Program-made: the position numbers and the translations under genes
Notes under the pieces: generated by a model
Told to the model about the DNA's origin: nothing
Databases searched by the model: none
Seen by the model: the letters and a program-made list of their open reading frames with translations, nothing else
Shown: in pieces, positions 36,993 to 45,597 of the stretch
Position numbering within the stretch: the stretch's first letter is position 1
Layout of the letters: each line of letters starts with the position of its first letter
NCBI GenBank assembly: GCA_964526505.1
Contig: CAZGJC010000004.1
Coordinates: 1 to 63,118, forward strand
From: an uncultured Clostridium sp.
GTDB taxonomy: Bacteria > Bacillota > Clostridia > Oscillospirales > CAG-272
Length of the DNA stretch: 63,118 nt
Direction of reading: 5' to 3'

Positions 36993-37778
36993 TTGAAAAA
37001 TAGTAATTTGAAACTGAAAAAAAGATTAAATATATTTTTTGCGGTGACGATGGCGTTACTTTATTGTCTTTACTGTTTTGTGCTGGTTCCGCTTTCCATA
37101 AGATTTGCAAACGATGTTGTTTATGCGGACACCGCATTACCCACGGTGATAGAGATTATATACGACACGGTAGAGGTTTTGGCGATATCGCTGTCTTATG
37201 CCGTTTTGATTTATTCTGTTTACAGGTATGGACTGAGCGGCAGTGTGGCGTCAATGATTATTTTTTGCGTCATAACGCTGTTTAAATATTTTGCAAATCT
37301 TTCTATGGACTGGATAAATTACGGTTTTGACGTCTCGGAACTCGCAGGTGATTTATTTGTCATCTTATTGCCGTTTTTACTTGAAATTTTGCAATATTTT
37401 GCGGTTGTTTTGATTTCTTACAAAATCATATCGTCATACGTCACGGCAAAAGAAAAAAGAAATTTACAACTTATCGAAAGCGGGAAAGAGGAACTATCCG
37501 AAAATTTCGGGGTTTATCCGTTATCGGGTGTTGTGAATATGAAAAATCCGATTATGAAAGTTGCCTTTTGGAGTGGTGTTGTGATTGCCGTTACAAGCAC
37601 TCTTCAAAGTGTGCCTTTCTATTTTATGGTGACGTATCTTGCCGGATTTCCGTTGTTTTCCGTTTTGTCGCAGATAATCACTTCGGCGATTGAGGGCGTA
37701 GTGTGTTATTTTGCGGTTATTTTACTCGAAATGATGTTTTTTGAGCAGAGAACCAAGCACGATTTATACGGCGTATAA
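36993..37778 (+). CDS. Polytopic membrane protein of unknown function
   Basis: 261 aa starting at a TTG after TGAGGTAGG. There are about 6 TM segments and no recognisable motif. Confidence 0.45.
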   Translation: MKNSNLKLKKRLNIFFAVTMALLYCLYCFVLVPLSIRFANDVVYADTALPTVIEIIYDTVEVLAISLSYAVLIYSVYRYGLSGSVASMIIFCVITLFKYFANLSMDWINYGFDVSELAGDLFVILLPFLLEILQYFAVVLISYKIISSYVTAKEKRNLQLIESGKEELSENFGVYPLSGVVNMKNPIMKVAFWSGVVIAVTSTLQSVPFYFMVTYLAGFPLFSVLSQIITSAIEGVVCYFAVILLEMMFFEQRTKHDLYGV

Positions 37779-37800
37779 AATCGAAAATTCATTTACGGGC

Positions 37801-37866
37801 AATTTCCGTATGCTAAATTTTTTCTTTCTTTCGGAAGAGAAACGGTGCATACGGAATTTTTTTTGA
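37801..37866 (+). terminator. Rho-independent terminator
   Basis: A 13-bp stem AATTTCCGTATGC / GCATACGGAATTT is followed by T9; the structured loop is long. Confidence 0.7.
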
Positions 37867-37914
37867 AAAACACAAAAAATATTATAATATTATATATATA
37901 TTTTAAATAATCAC

Positions 37915-37944
37915 TTGACTTTAAAGGACATTATCTGTTATAAT
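37915..37944 (+). promoter_or_regulatory. Sigma-A promoter upstream of pncB
   Basis: TTGACT, 18 nt, TATAAT, with a TGT extended -10. Confidence 0.55.
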
Positions 37945-38011
37945 TAAAAATGGCATTTTGTCTTTTGACAAAAAAGAATTACGGATTGAAAATCATTCGG
38001 AGGACACGTTA

Positions 38012-39472
38012 ATGAAAGATATAAGCAGAAATTTGTCGATGCTTTTTGATTTTTACGAAATGACCATGGGCAACGGTTACTTTAAGTGCGGTTATGCCGA
38101 CAAAATAGTTTATTTTGACCTTTATTACAGAGATAATCCCGATAACGGCGGATATGCGGTTGTTGCCGGTCTTGAACAAATAATCGAATACGTAAAAGAT
38201 TTGAGTTTCAGTGCCGATGACATAGAATTTCTTCGTTCGAAAAACTGTTTTGACGAAGAGTTTTTAAAATATCTCGCATCGTTTAAGTTCACAGGGGACA
38301 TTTGGGCAATTCCCGAGGGTACGATAGTTTTCCCCGGAGAACCGCTCATTACGGTCAGAGCGAAGGCAATTGAAGCACAACTTATAGAAACTTATCTTTT
38401 GCTGATGATAAACCATCAGTCACTTATCGCCACAAAGGCGGCAAGAATTACACGTGCCGCAAAAGGCAGAGCGGTGAGCGAATTCGGTTCGAGAAGAGCT
38501 CAAGGTGCGGATGCCGCCATACTCGGTGCGAGAGCGTCTTACATCGGAGGATGTTCATCTACGGCTTGTGCAATTTCCGATATGGTTTACGGAGTGCCTG
38601 CATCGGGAACAATGGCTCACTCATGGGTACAGATGTTTGACGACGAATACACGGCGTTTAAGACATACTGTGAGATATATCCGAACAACGCAACGTTGCT
38701 GATAGATACGTACAACGTATTGAAATCGGGTCTGCCGAATGCGATAAAGGCGTTTGAAACGGTATTGAAACCGCTCGGCATTACGAAGTGCGGTGTCAGA
38801 ATCGATTCGGGAGATATTACGTATCTTACCAAAAATATCAGAAAAATGCTTGACGAGGCAGGTTGGACCGATTGCAAGATTATAGTTTCCAACTCACTGG
38901 ACGAATACATCATACGAGAAATAATCAGGCAGGGTGCGGAAGTCGACGCTTTCGGAGTCGGAGAGCGACTCATAACTTCAAAGAGCAATCCCGTATTCGG
39001 TGCGGTTTACAAGTTATGTGCGGTTGAAGATGAAAACGGAAATATCATACCGAAGATAAAGATAAGCGAAAACGTCGGTAAAATCACAACACCGCATTTC
39101 AAAAAAGTGTACAGGCTTCGTGGAAGAGACACGGGCAAGGCTGAGGCGGACCTCATTTGCTTATACGATGAAGTTGTTGACGATACAAAGCCGATAGAGA
39201 TTTTTGACCCGGAGTACACGTGGAAGAGAAAGACTCTTGAAAATTACACGGCGGAAGAACTTCTTGTTCCGATTTTCAAGGACGGAAAACTCATTTACAA
39301 TATGCCGTCGCTTGAAGAAATCAGAAATCATCACAAGGAAGAGATTGAGGGAATGTGGGAAGAAGTAAGAAGATTTACCAACCCTCACAATTACTACGTC
39401 GATTTGTCTCAGAAATTATGGGACATAAAGAACGATTTGCTTACAAAAGGACGAGGAAAGAACACAAAGTGA
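38012..39472 (+). CDS. pncB: Nicotinate phosphoribosyltransferase
   Basis: ATG at 38012 follows CGGAGGA. The N-terminus reads LFDFYEMTMGNGYF, followed by SEFGSRRAQG and GTMAHSWVQ. Confidence 0.9.
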   Translation: MKDISRNLSMLFDFYEMTMGNGYFKCGYADKIVYFDLYYRDNPDNGGYAVVAGLEQIIEYVKDLSFSADDIEFLRSKNCFDEEFLKYLASFKFTGDIWAIPEGTIVFPGEPLITVRAKAIEAQLIETYLLLMINHQSLIATKAARITRAAKGRAVSEFGSRRAQGADAAILGARASYIGGCSSTACAISDMVYGVPASGTMAHSWVQMFDDEYTAFKTYCEIYPNNATLLIDTYNVLKSGLPNAIKAFETVLKPLGITKCGVRIDSGDITYLTKNIRKMLDEAGWTDCKIIVSNSLDEYIIREIIRQGAEVDAFGVGERLITSKSNPVFGAVYKLCAVEDENGNIIPKIKISENVGKITTPHFKKVYRLRGRDTGKAEADLICLYDEVVDDTKPIEIFDPEYTWKRKTLENYTAEELLVPIFKDGKLIYNMPSLEEIRNHHKEEIEGMWEEVRRFTNPHNYYVDLSQKLWDIKNDLLTKGRGKNTK

Positions 39473-39525
39473 CGTTCAAAGGTGCGGAACGTGGCAGATT
39501 GTGAAAGAAAGGAACGGTCATACTT

Positions 39526-40536
39526 ATGGAAAAATTGGTTGAATTTTTTGATATGCTGATTGAAAGTTTTAATGACTACGTTGTATTTCCCATAAGGCAT
39601 ATGGGCATATCTGACATTTTGGATATCCTTTTGCTTGCCTGCTTAATATATATGCTGTACAAGTTTATACGTGACAGACACGTCGGAAGAATGGCACTCG
39701 GTGTTATGGCGGTTATCGTTATATATATTGTCAGCGACCTGTTGCATATGACTGCCATAAGTTCCATACTCAAAAATTTCTACGTTGTGGGAATTGTTGT
39801 CGTATGTATTATATTCCAGCCCGAGTTACGTGCCGCACTTGAAGAGGTGGGGTCAACGTCCCTCTACATCAGGAAAATAAAAAATCGCAAAGATGCGAAA
39901 GACACGGACGTTCTTCACATGGTTGAAGAGATAAGTGCCGCCGCATTTGAGTTATCAGCCAGAGGCGACGGTGCGTTAATCGTGCTTGAACGTTCAAGTC
40001 ATCTTCGTTCGCAAATGACGGAGGGCGTGGCTATTGACGCAAAGGTTTCAAGACAATTGCTCAGCAATATATTCGTAAACAAGTCTCCGCTTCACGACGG
40101 TGCGGTGATAATTCGCAATATGAGAATTGTGGCGGCATCAAGCAAGTCAAAAAATATTTCGGAGCGTGACGACAGTCAGATGCGTGGTCTCGGCACGAGA
40201 CACCGTGCGGCGGTACGAATTACGGAGGTGAGCGATGCCGTGGTGGTTGTGGTTTCCGAGGAGACGGGAATTATCTCTATTGCAAACAATAAGGAACTTA
40301 AAAGGGACTATCAGGATATAGGCAAGGGAGGACGTCACAATTCGAGCGACCTTCGAGACGACTTATACAGATTTATGACCGGAAGTTCTGTGGTTGAGGA
40401 CGGTTATATTTCGGTTGACGTCGACAAGGTTGGCGTAAATGATGATAAAAATTTGAACACTGACGGCATAAATGCGGATACAATCAATTCCGACAGCATA
40501 AAAGGCGAAAGTTTCGGCGACGGAAAGGAGAGTTGA
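39526..40536 (+). CDS. cdaA: Diadenylate cyclase CdaA with an extra ~65-aa acidic low-complexity C-terminal tail
   Basis: Three N-terminal TM segments are followed by a DAC domain (GALIVLER, SPLHDGAVII, GTRHRAA, VVVSEETGIISIA). Confidence 0.9.
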   Translation: MEKLVEFFDMLIESFNDYVVFPIRHMGISDILDILLLACLIYMLYKFIRDRHVGRMALGVMAVIVIYIVSDLLHMTAISSILKNFYVVGIVVVCIIFQPELRAALEEVGSTSLYIRKIKNRKDAKDTDVLHMVEEISAAAFELSARGDGALIVLERSSHLRSQMTEGVAIDAKVSRQLLSNIFVNKSPLHDGAVIIRNMRIVAASSKSKNISERDDSQMRGLGTRHRAAVRITEVSDAVVVVVSEETGIISIANNKELKRDYQDIGKGGRHNSSDLRDDLYRFMTGSSVVEDGYISVDVDKVGVNDDKNLNTDGINADTINSDSIKGESFGDGKES

Positions 40537-40543
40537 GTTTTTT

Positions 40544-41596
40544 ATGAAGCAATATGAATTCAAAAAAGAATACGACAAAAAGGGACGTGAGCAGATTGTT
40601 TTGTCCAATGAGTCGAAAAGGAGACTTGACATTGTTCCGAGATTGGTTTGTCTTTTACTTGCGTTGATTATATGGATATATTGTGTGAATATCAATGAAA
40701 CCGACGTTACGACGACGTTTAACGTCAAACTCAACGTTGTGGGTGCGGAAAGTATGGCTAACGGTATGTCGATATATTCCACGAGCAACGTGACGGAAGT
40801 CAGGCTTACCGTTCAGGGCAACAACAGAGATATAAACAGATATACCGCATCGGATTATTACGCATACATCGACGTCAGCGAAATCGGCAGTGTGGGTTGG
40901 TCTACTCAGAAAATTATGACCGAATTGCCGGACGGGTCGAGTTTGTCGCTTATCAGTATGGATATAGATGCCGTGTCGGTTTACGTTGACGTGAGTGCGG
41001 AGACGTACGTTCCGATTGAGATAAAATTGGGAGCGATTAAACAACCTGCGGGTTACAGTCTCTCGTATGAGATTGAGGACGGTATAAACCGGATACAAAT
41101 CAAGGGTCCGAAAACACTGATTGACACGATATCGAAAGCGGAGTACGTTCTTGAAGGCGAATTTAACAAGAGTACGACAATATCCGGTTCTGCACTTGCA
41201 CTTGATTTTTACAACGATCAAGGAGAGTTGATAAGTTCGAAAAACAGCGGTGACGTTTCTTTGAGCTCTATACGTTACGATACGGGAAAAATGAATATAA
41301 ATGCGATAGTTACCGCACTCGTACCGTTGAAAATCAAAGCAATCGGAAGCAATCAAAATTATACATACGAAGTTTTGCCGATAAGCGCCAACGTTACGGG
41401 AGACCCCGAAATTTTAAATTCACTTTCGGATTACGTTATTGACGTCGAAGACAGAGGTGTCGGAGAATACGAATACACAATTTCGGCAGAGCAATTCAAA
41501 TATCCGGAGGGTGTAAAACTCGTTGATGAAAGCGTTACCGTGACGGTTGTTATAACCGAGAGAGCAATGGGATCGAATTCGAGGTCTGAGTCGTGA
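40544..41596 (+). CDS. cdaR: CdaA regulatory protein CdaR (YbbR-domain repeats)
   Basis: An N-terminal TM segment is followed by repeated YbbR-like beta modules. It lies immediately downstream of cdaA. Confidence 0.8.
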   Translation: MKQYEFKKEYDKKGREQIVLSNESKRRLDIVPRLVCLLLALIIWIYCVNINETDVTTTFNVKLNVVGAESMANGMSIYSTSNVTEVRLTVQGNNRDINRYTASDYYAYIDVSEIGSVGWSTQKIMTELPDGSSLSLISMDIDAVSVYVDVSAETYVPIEIKLGAIKQPAGYSLSYEIEDGINRIQIKGPKTLIDTISKAEYVLEGEFNKSTTISGSALALDFYNDQGELISSKNSGDVSLSSIRYDTGKMNINAIVTALVPLKIKAIGSNQNYTYEVLPISANVTGDPEILNSLSDYVIDVEDRGVGEYEYTISAEQFKYPEGVKLVDESVTVTVVITERAMGSNSRSES

Positions 41597-43209
41597 GTGA
41601 GAAATACGTTATAAGTTCAATTTCAGCAAGTCCGAACGTCTCGGAGGATGACGTATTACAGATTGCACGAAAAAAACTCAGTAGAGCCGGCATTGACGGT
41701 AAGTACGAACTGTCAATATTTAAAAAATCAATTGACGCACGCAAGAGGTCGGATATAAAACTCGTATATTTGGTAGAAGCGTCGTTTGGCGGTGTCGGTG
41801 CGAAAGACCGCAAGGCGTTGGAAAAAATTTCGGCGAAAAAAGTAGAAGAATCGGATTTGACGTTTGAGTACGGCGACAGAGAAATGACGGAAAGACCGCT
41901 TATTGTCGGCATGGGTCCTGCCGGAATGTTTTGTGCTTTGATTTTAGCACAGCAGGGATACAGACCCGTCATTATTGACCGTGGTGACGACGTATGGGGC
42001 AGAGTAAAGGCGGTAGAGAAGTTTTATTCTTGTGCAAGTCTTGACGTTGACAGCAACATTCAATTCGGTGCGGGCGGTGCCGGAACTTTTTCGGACGGAA
42101 AACTGATGACTCGGATAAACGACCCGAAATGTGCTTACGTACTTGAAACTTTCAGAAAATTCGGAGCGTCCGACGACATCATTCGGATGGCTAAACCTCA
42201 CATAGGAACCGACATGTTACGCACGGTTGTGGACAATATTTTATCTCAAATACAAAAACTCGGCGGTGAAGTCATATACCGATGCAAAATGACGGGATTT
42301 GACGAGGTATCGGACGGAAAAGTTATCGTACATACGACAAAGGGAGATTTTTGCTGCGGTGACGTGGTCTTAGCACTCGGTCACAGTGCAAGAGATACAT
42401 ACAAAATGCTTATAGAAAAAGGATTTTCCGTCATTCCGAAGCCGATATCGGTAGGTGTCAGAATCGAGCATTTACGCACGGACATCGAAAAAATGCTATA
42501 CGGAGATTTTGCGGGCAGCCCGTCTCTCGGCGCGGCAGAATATTCGTTATCGGATACAAGACGAGACAGAGGTGTTTACACTTTTTGTATGTGCCCCGGC
42601 GGTGAAGTTGTAGGGGCGGCGTCGGAAGAGGGAGGAGTTGTTGTAAACGGTATGAGCAAATATGCAAGAGACGGTTTAAACTCCAACTCGGCAATTGCCG
42701 TTTCGGTGCGTCCTGATGATTTTGAGGCATTTGAGGGCAGTTACGCTCTCGGAGCGATAGAATTTCAGCGAAAGATTGAGCGTGCGGCGTATATTGCCGG
42801 TGGTTGTGATTATTCCGCACCGCTTCAAACGTTGGGAGATTTTCTCACGGGAAAATCGGGAAGCGAACCCCGCAAAGTTTTACCCACTTATATGGGTGGC
42901 AGATGCAAACTTGCAAGTATGGAGAACGTTTTACCCGATTTTGTTGTTGAACATTTAAGATACGGTATCGGTTCGTTTGATGAAAAATACCGTGGATTTG
43001 CAGACGGTGAGGCGATACTTACGGGTGCGGAAACAAGAACCTCCGCTCCTGTGCGAATAATGCGAAATGAGGTTATGAGTGCGATTGGACACGGAAATAT
43101 TTATCCTTGCGGTGAGGGTGCGGGATATGCCGGCGGAATTACAAGTGCGTCGGTTGACGGTATAAAAGTTGCACTTGAAATAATCAAAAAATACAAGAAA
43201 ACAGTTTAA
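41593..43209 (+). CDS. FAD-dependent oxidoreductase-like protein (COG2509-type)
   Basis: A GTG start overlaps the cdaR stop by 4 nt. The Rossmann motif is IVGMGPAGMFCALILAQQGYRPVIIDRG. The C-terminus reads GEGAGYAGGI. Confidence 0.7.
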   Translation: MSEKYVISSISASPNVSEDDVLQIARKKLSRAGIDGKYELSIFKKSIDARKRSDIKLVYLVEASFGGVGAKDRKALEKISAKKVEESDLTFEYGDREMTERPLIVGMGPAGMFCALILAQQGYRPVIIDRGDDVWGRVKAVEKFYSCASLDVDSNIQFGAGGAGTFSDGKLMTRINDPKCAYVLETFRKFGASDDIIRMAKPHIGTDMLRTVVDNILSQIQKLGGEVIYRCKMTGFDEVSDGKVIVHTTKGDFCCGDVVLALGHSARDTYKMLIEKGFSVIPKPISVGVRIEHLRTDIEKMLYGDFAGSPSLGAAEYSLSDTRRDRGVYTFCMCPGGEVVGAASEEGGVVVNGMSKYARDGLNSNSAIAVSVRPDDFEAFEGSYALGAIEFQRKIERAAYIAGGCDYSAPLQTLGDFLTGKSGSEPRKVLPTYMGGRCKLASMENVLPDFVVEHLRYGIGSFDEKYRGFADGEAILTGAETRTSAPVRIMRNEVMSAIGHGNIYPCGEGAGYAGGITSASVDGIKVALEIIKKYKKTV

Positions 43210-43362
43210 TTACAGAGAAGATTGTCTGTGTGTCGAAAAACGAACTACATAAAAAATAATTCGCACACGGACAAATAATAAAAAGGAACACAGAAAGTCC
43301 TTTGTCAGGCATACGTGCGGAAAGACGTATGTCTTGACCGTTTATGAGGACTCGGAGATGAG

Positions 43363-45552
43363 ATGAATTTTAATCAAAAAGAAAAAATATGGTCGGTTCG
43401 ATACATCGGCGACGCAGACGCAAGAAAGAGCGTTGAGGCTTTGTCGAAGTTGCTCGGAGTATCGGAAGTGTGTGCCGAACTTATATACAACAGGGGATAC
43501 TCTTGCGAAACAGAAGCACGTGAATTCCTAAACGCAAACATTGACGTTTTACATGACCCGTATCTTATGAAAGATATGGATTTAGCCGTAAAAAGAATAC
43601 ACGAAGCGATAGGTTGCGGTGAGAAGATAACCGTTTACGGAGATTACGACGTGGACGGTGTGACGTCCGTGAGTCTTGCGTATCTTTACTTTAAATCACA
43701 GGGAGCGATAATAGATTACTATATACCGTCAAGAGACAAAGAGGGTTATGGTGTTTCAGTATCGGCTATAAACAAACTCAGTGAAAGCGGAACAAATCTG
43801 ATTATAACCGTTGACACGGGCATAACCGCCAATTCCGAAGTTGAGTATGCAAAGAGTATCGGAATAGACACGGTAGTTACAGACCACCATGAATGTTATG
43901 CGTCAATTCCCAATGCCGTTGCGGTGGTAAATCCGCACAGGCACGATTGCGATTATCCTTTTGCGGAACTTGCGGGAGTGGGCGTGGTATTCAAACTTGT
44001 TTGTGCATATGAAAAATACGTAAGCGATACACTGTCGATGAAAGAGTGTGAACGCAGAATATGCGACGGGTATCTTGACCTTGTATCTATCGGAACGGTT
44101 GCTGACGTTATGCCCCTGCGAGATGAGAACAGATTTATTGTTTCAGAGGGCATAAAGAAAATAGAGGACACGAACAGAGTGGGTCTGAGTGCTTTGATTG
44201 AGACTGCAAGCGTGAGTGCACGTCCTGCGACAAATGCAAGGACGAAACTTAAAAAGAAGAAGATAAACGCAGGTTTTATCGGGTTCACTCTCGCTCCGAG
44301 AATAAATGCGGCGGGTCGTATCAGTTCGGCGTGCAAGGCGGTTGAACTTCTTTTGTGTGATAATCACGATGATGCCATGCTCAAAGCAAGAGAACTTTGC
44401 GAGATAAACTCTCAACGTCAAATTGAGGAGAACAAAATTGCCGAGCAAGCATACAAGATGATAGACGGGTCGCACGATTTTGAGCATGACAAGGTTATTG
44501 TGCTTGACAATGACAGTTGGCAACAGGGTATTATCGGAATAGTTGCATCACGCATAACCGAAAAATACGGATTGCCGTCAATTCTTATATCATACGACGG
44601 AGCGACAAGAGGGTTTGAGTGCAACGACGATCTCGGAAAAGGTTCGGGACGAAGCATAAAAGGATTAAATCTTGTCGAGGCACTCGGATATTGCAGTGAA
44701 TTGCTTCAAAGATTCGGCGGTCACGAACTTGCCGCAGGGCTTTCGGTAAGACGTGGAGACGTGGAACTTTTCCGTCGTAAGATAAATGAGTATGCAAGAG
44801 AAAAACTTGACGAGGATGACACGAAGATAAGGTATGAAGTTGACTGCGAATTGAAGTTTGAGCAATTAACTATGGATCTCGCAAAAGAGATAGAGATGCT
44901 TGAACCGTTCGGAGTATCAAATTCAACGCCGACGTTTCTTGTGAAAAATCTTGAAATTGACAGGATTGCACCGCTCGGTGCCGGAAACCACTGCAAAATT
45001 TTCTTCGGCGGAGACGGGCAAGGATTAAGTGCGGTTTGCTTTGGCGTTGCGGCATCCAAATTTGATTTTTACAAGGGTGAGCACGTGGACATCTTATGCC
45101 GTGTGGGCATAAACGAATTCAGGGGAGAGCAAACGCTTCAACTTGTATTACAGGATATCAGGCACGCAGAGGATTATAAAATTTTACGAGACGAAGAAAA
45201 TCAAAGGCTTGCGGAAATTCTCGGAGGTGCAAAAATCAAGTGTTCGGAGAACGTTGTGCCTACACGTGATGAGATTGCCTTTATTTACAAACTAATCAGA
45301 TATGAAGTTGGACTCGGACGTGGGGTTATGTCAGACAGGGCGTTCGATTCACTCGTATACGAACACACGAAAAACAGTATAAATTACATTAAACTCAAAT
45401 TGATTTTGCATATTTTACTGGATATGGAGGTTATAAGCGTTTCCGAATTATCCGATAATATATACGAATTTGACATTATTAAAAACGCCAAAAAGACAAG
45501 CGTGGAAAATTCGGAAGTTTTCAGAATGATTTCCACGGGATACGGGAAGTAG
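43363..45552 (+). CDS. recJ: Single-stranded-DNA-specific exonuclease RecJ
   Basis: DHH motifs (YGDYDVDG, ITVDTG, TDHHE) and a DHHA1 domain (GGHELAAG). It sits in recJ-rel-dtd synteny. Confidence 0.92.
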   Translation: MNFNQKEKIWSVRYIGDADARKSVEALSKLLGVSEVCAELIYNRGYSCETEAREFLNANIDVLHDPYLMKDMDLAVKRIHEAIGCGEKITVYGDYDVDGVTSVSLAYLYFKSQGAIIDYYIPSRDKEGYGVSVSAINKLSESGTNLIITVDTGITANSEVEYAKSIGIDTVVTDHHECYASIPNAVAVVNPHRHDCDYPFAELAGVGVVFKLVCAYEKYVSDTLSMKECERRICDGYLDLVSIGTVADVMPLRDENRFIVSEGIKKIEDTNRVGLSALIETASVSARPATNARTKLKKKKINAGFIGFTLAPRINAAGRISSACKAVELLLCDNHDDAMLKARELCEINSQRQIEENKIAEQAYKMIDGSHDFEHDKVIVLDNDSWQQGIIGIVASRITEKYGLPSILISYDGATRGFECNDDLGKGSGRSIKGLNLVEALGYCSELLQRFGGHELAAGLSVRRGDVELFRRKINEYAREKLDEDDTKIRYEVDCELKFEQLTMDLAKEIEMLEPFGVSNSTPTFLVKNLEIDRIAPLGAGNHCKIFFGGDGQGLSAVCFGVAASKFDFYKGEHVDILCRVGINEFRGEQTLQLVLQDIRHAEDYKILRDEENQRLAEILGGAKIKCSENVVPTRDEIAFIYKLIRYEVGLGRGVMSDRAFDSLVYEHTKNSINYIKLKLILHILLDMEVISVSELSDNIYEFDIIKNAKKTSVENSEVFRMISTGYGK

Positions 45553-45597
45553 AGCGATATTGCTCTTTTCCCGAAAATATGACATGGGAGGGGCAAT

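Noticed and set aside
40655-41356. 233-aa antisense ORF inside cdaR. The same issue applies to the other long antisense ORFs: 23491-24027, 24422-24907, 35460-35948, 36021-36599, 53523-53975, 53761-54267, 54114-54614 and 10142-10459.
   Set aside because: Each is fully embedded opposite a well-supported conserved gene and lacks an SD. Their composition is Arg/His/Cys/Val-rich or Ser-rich, typical of shadow frames. None has a recognisable motif.
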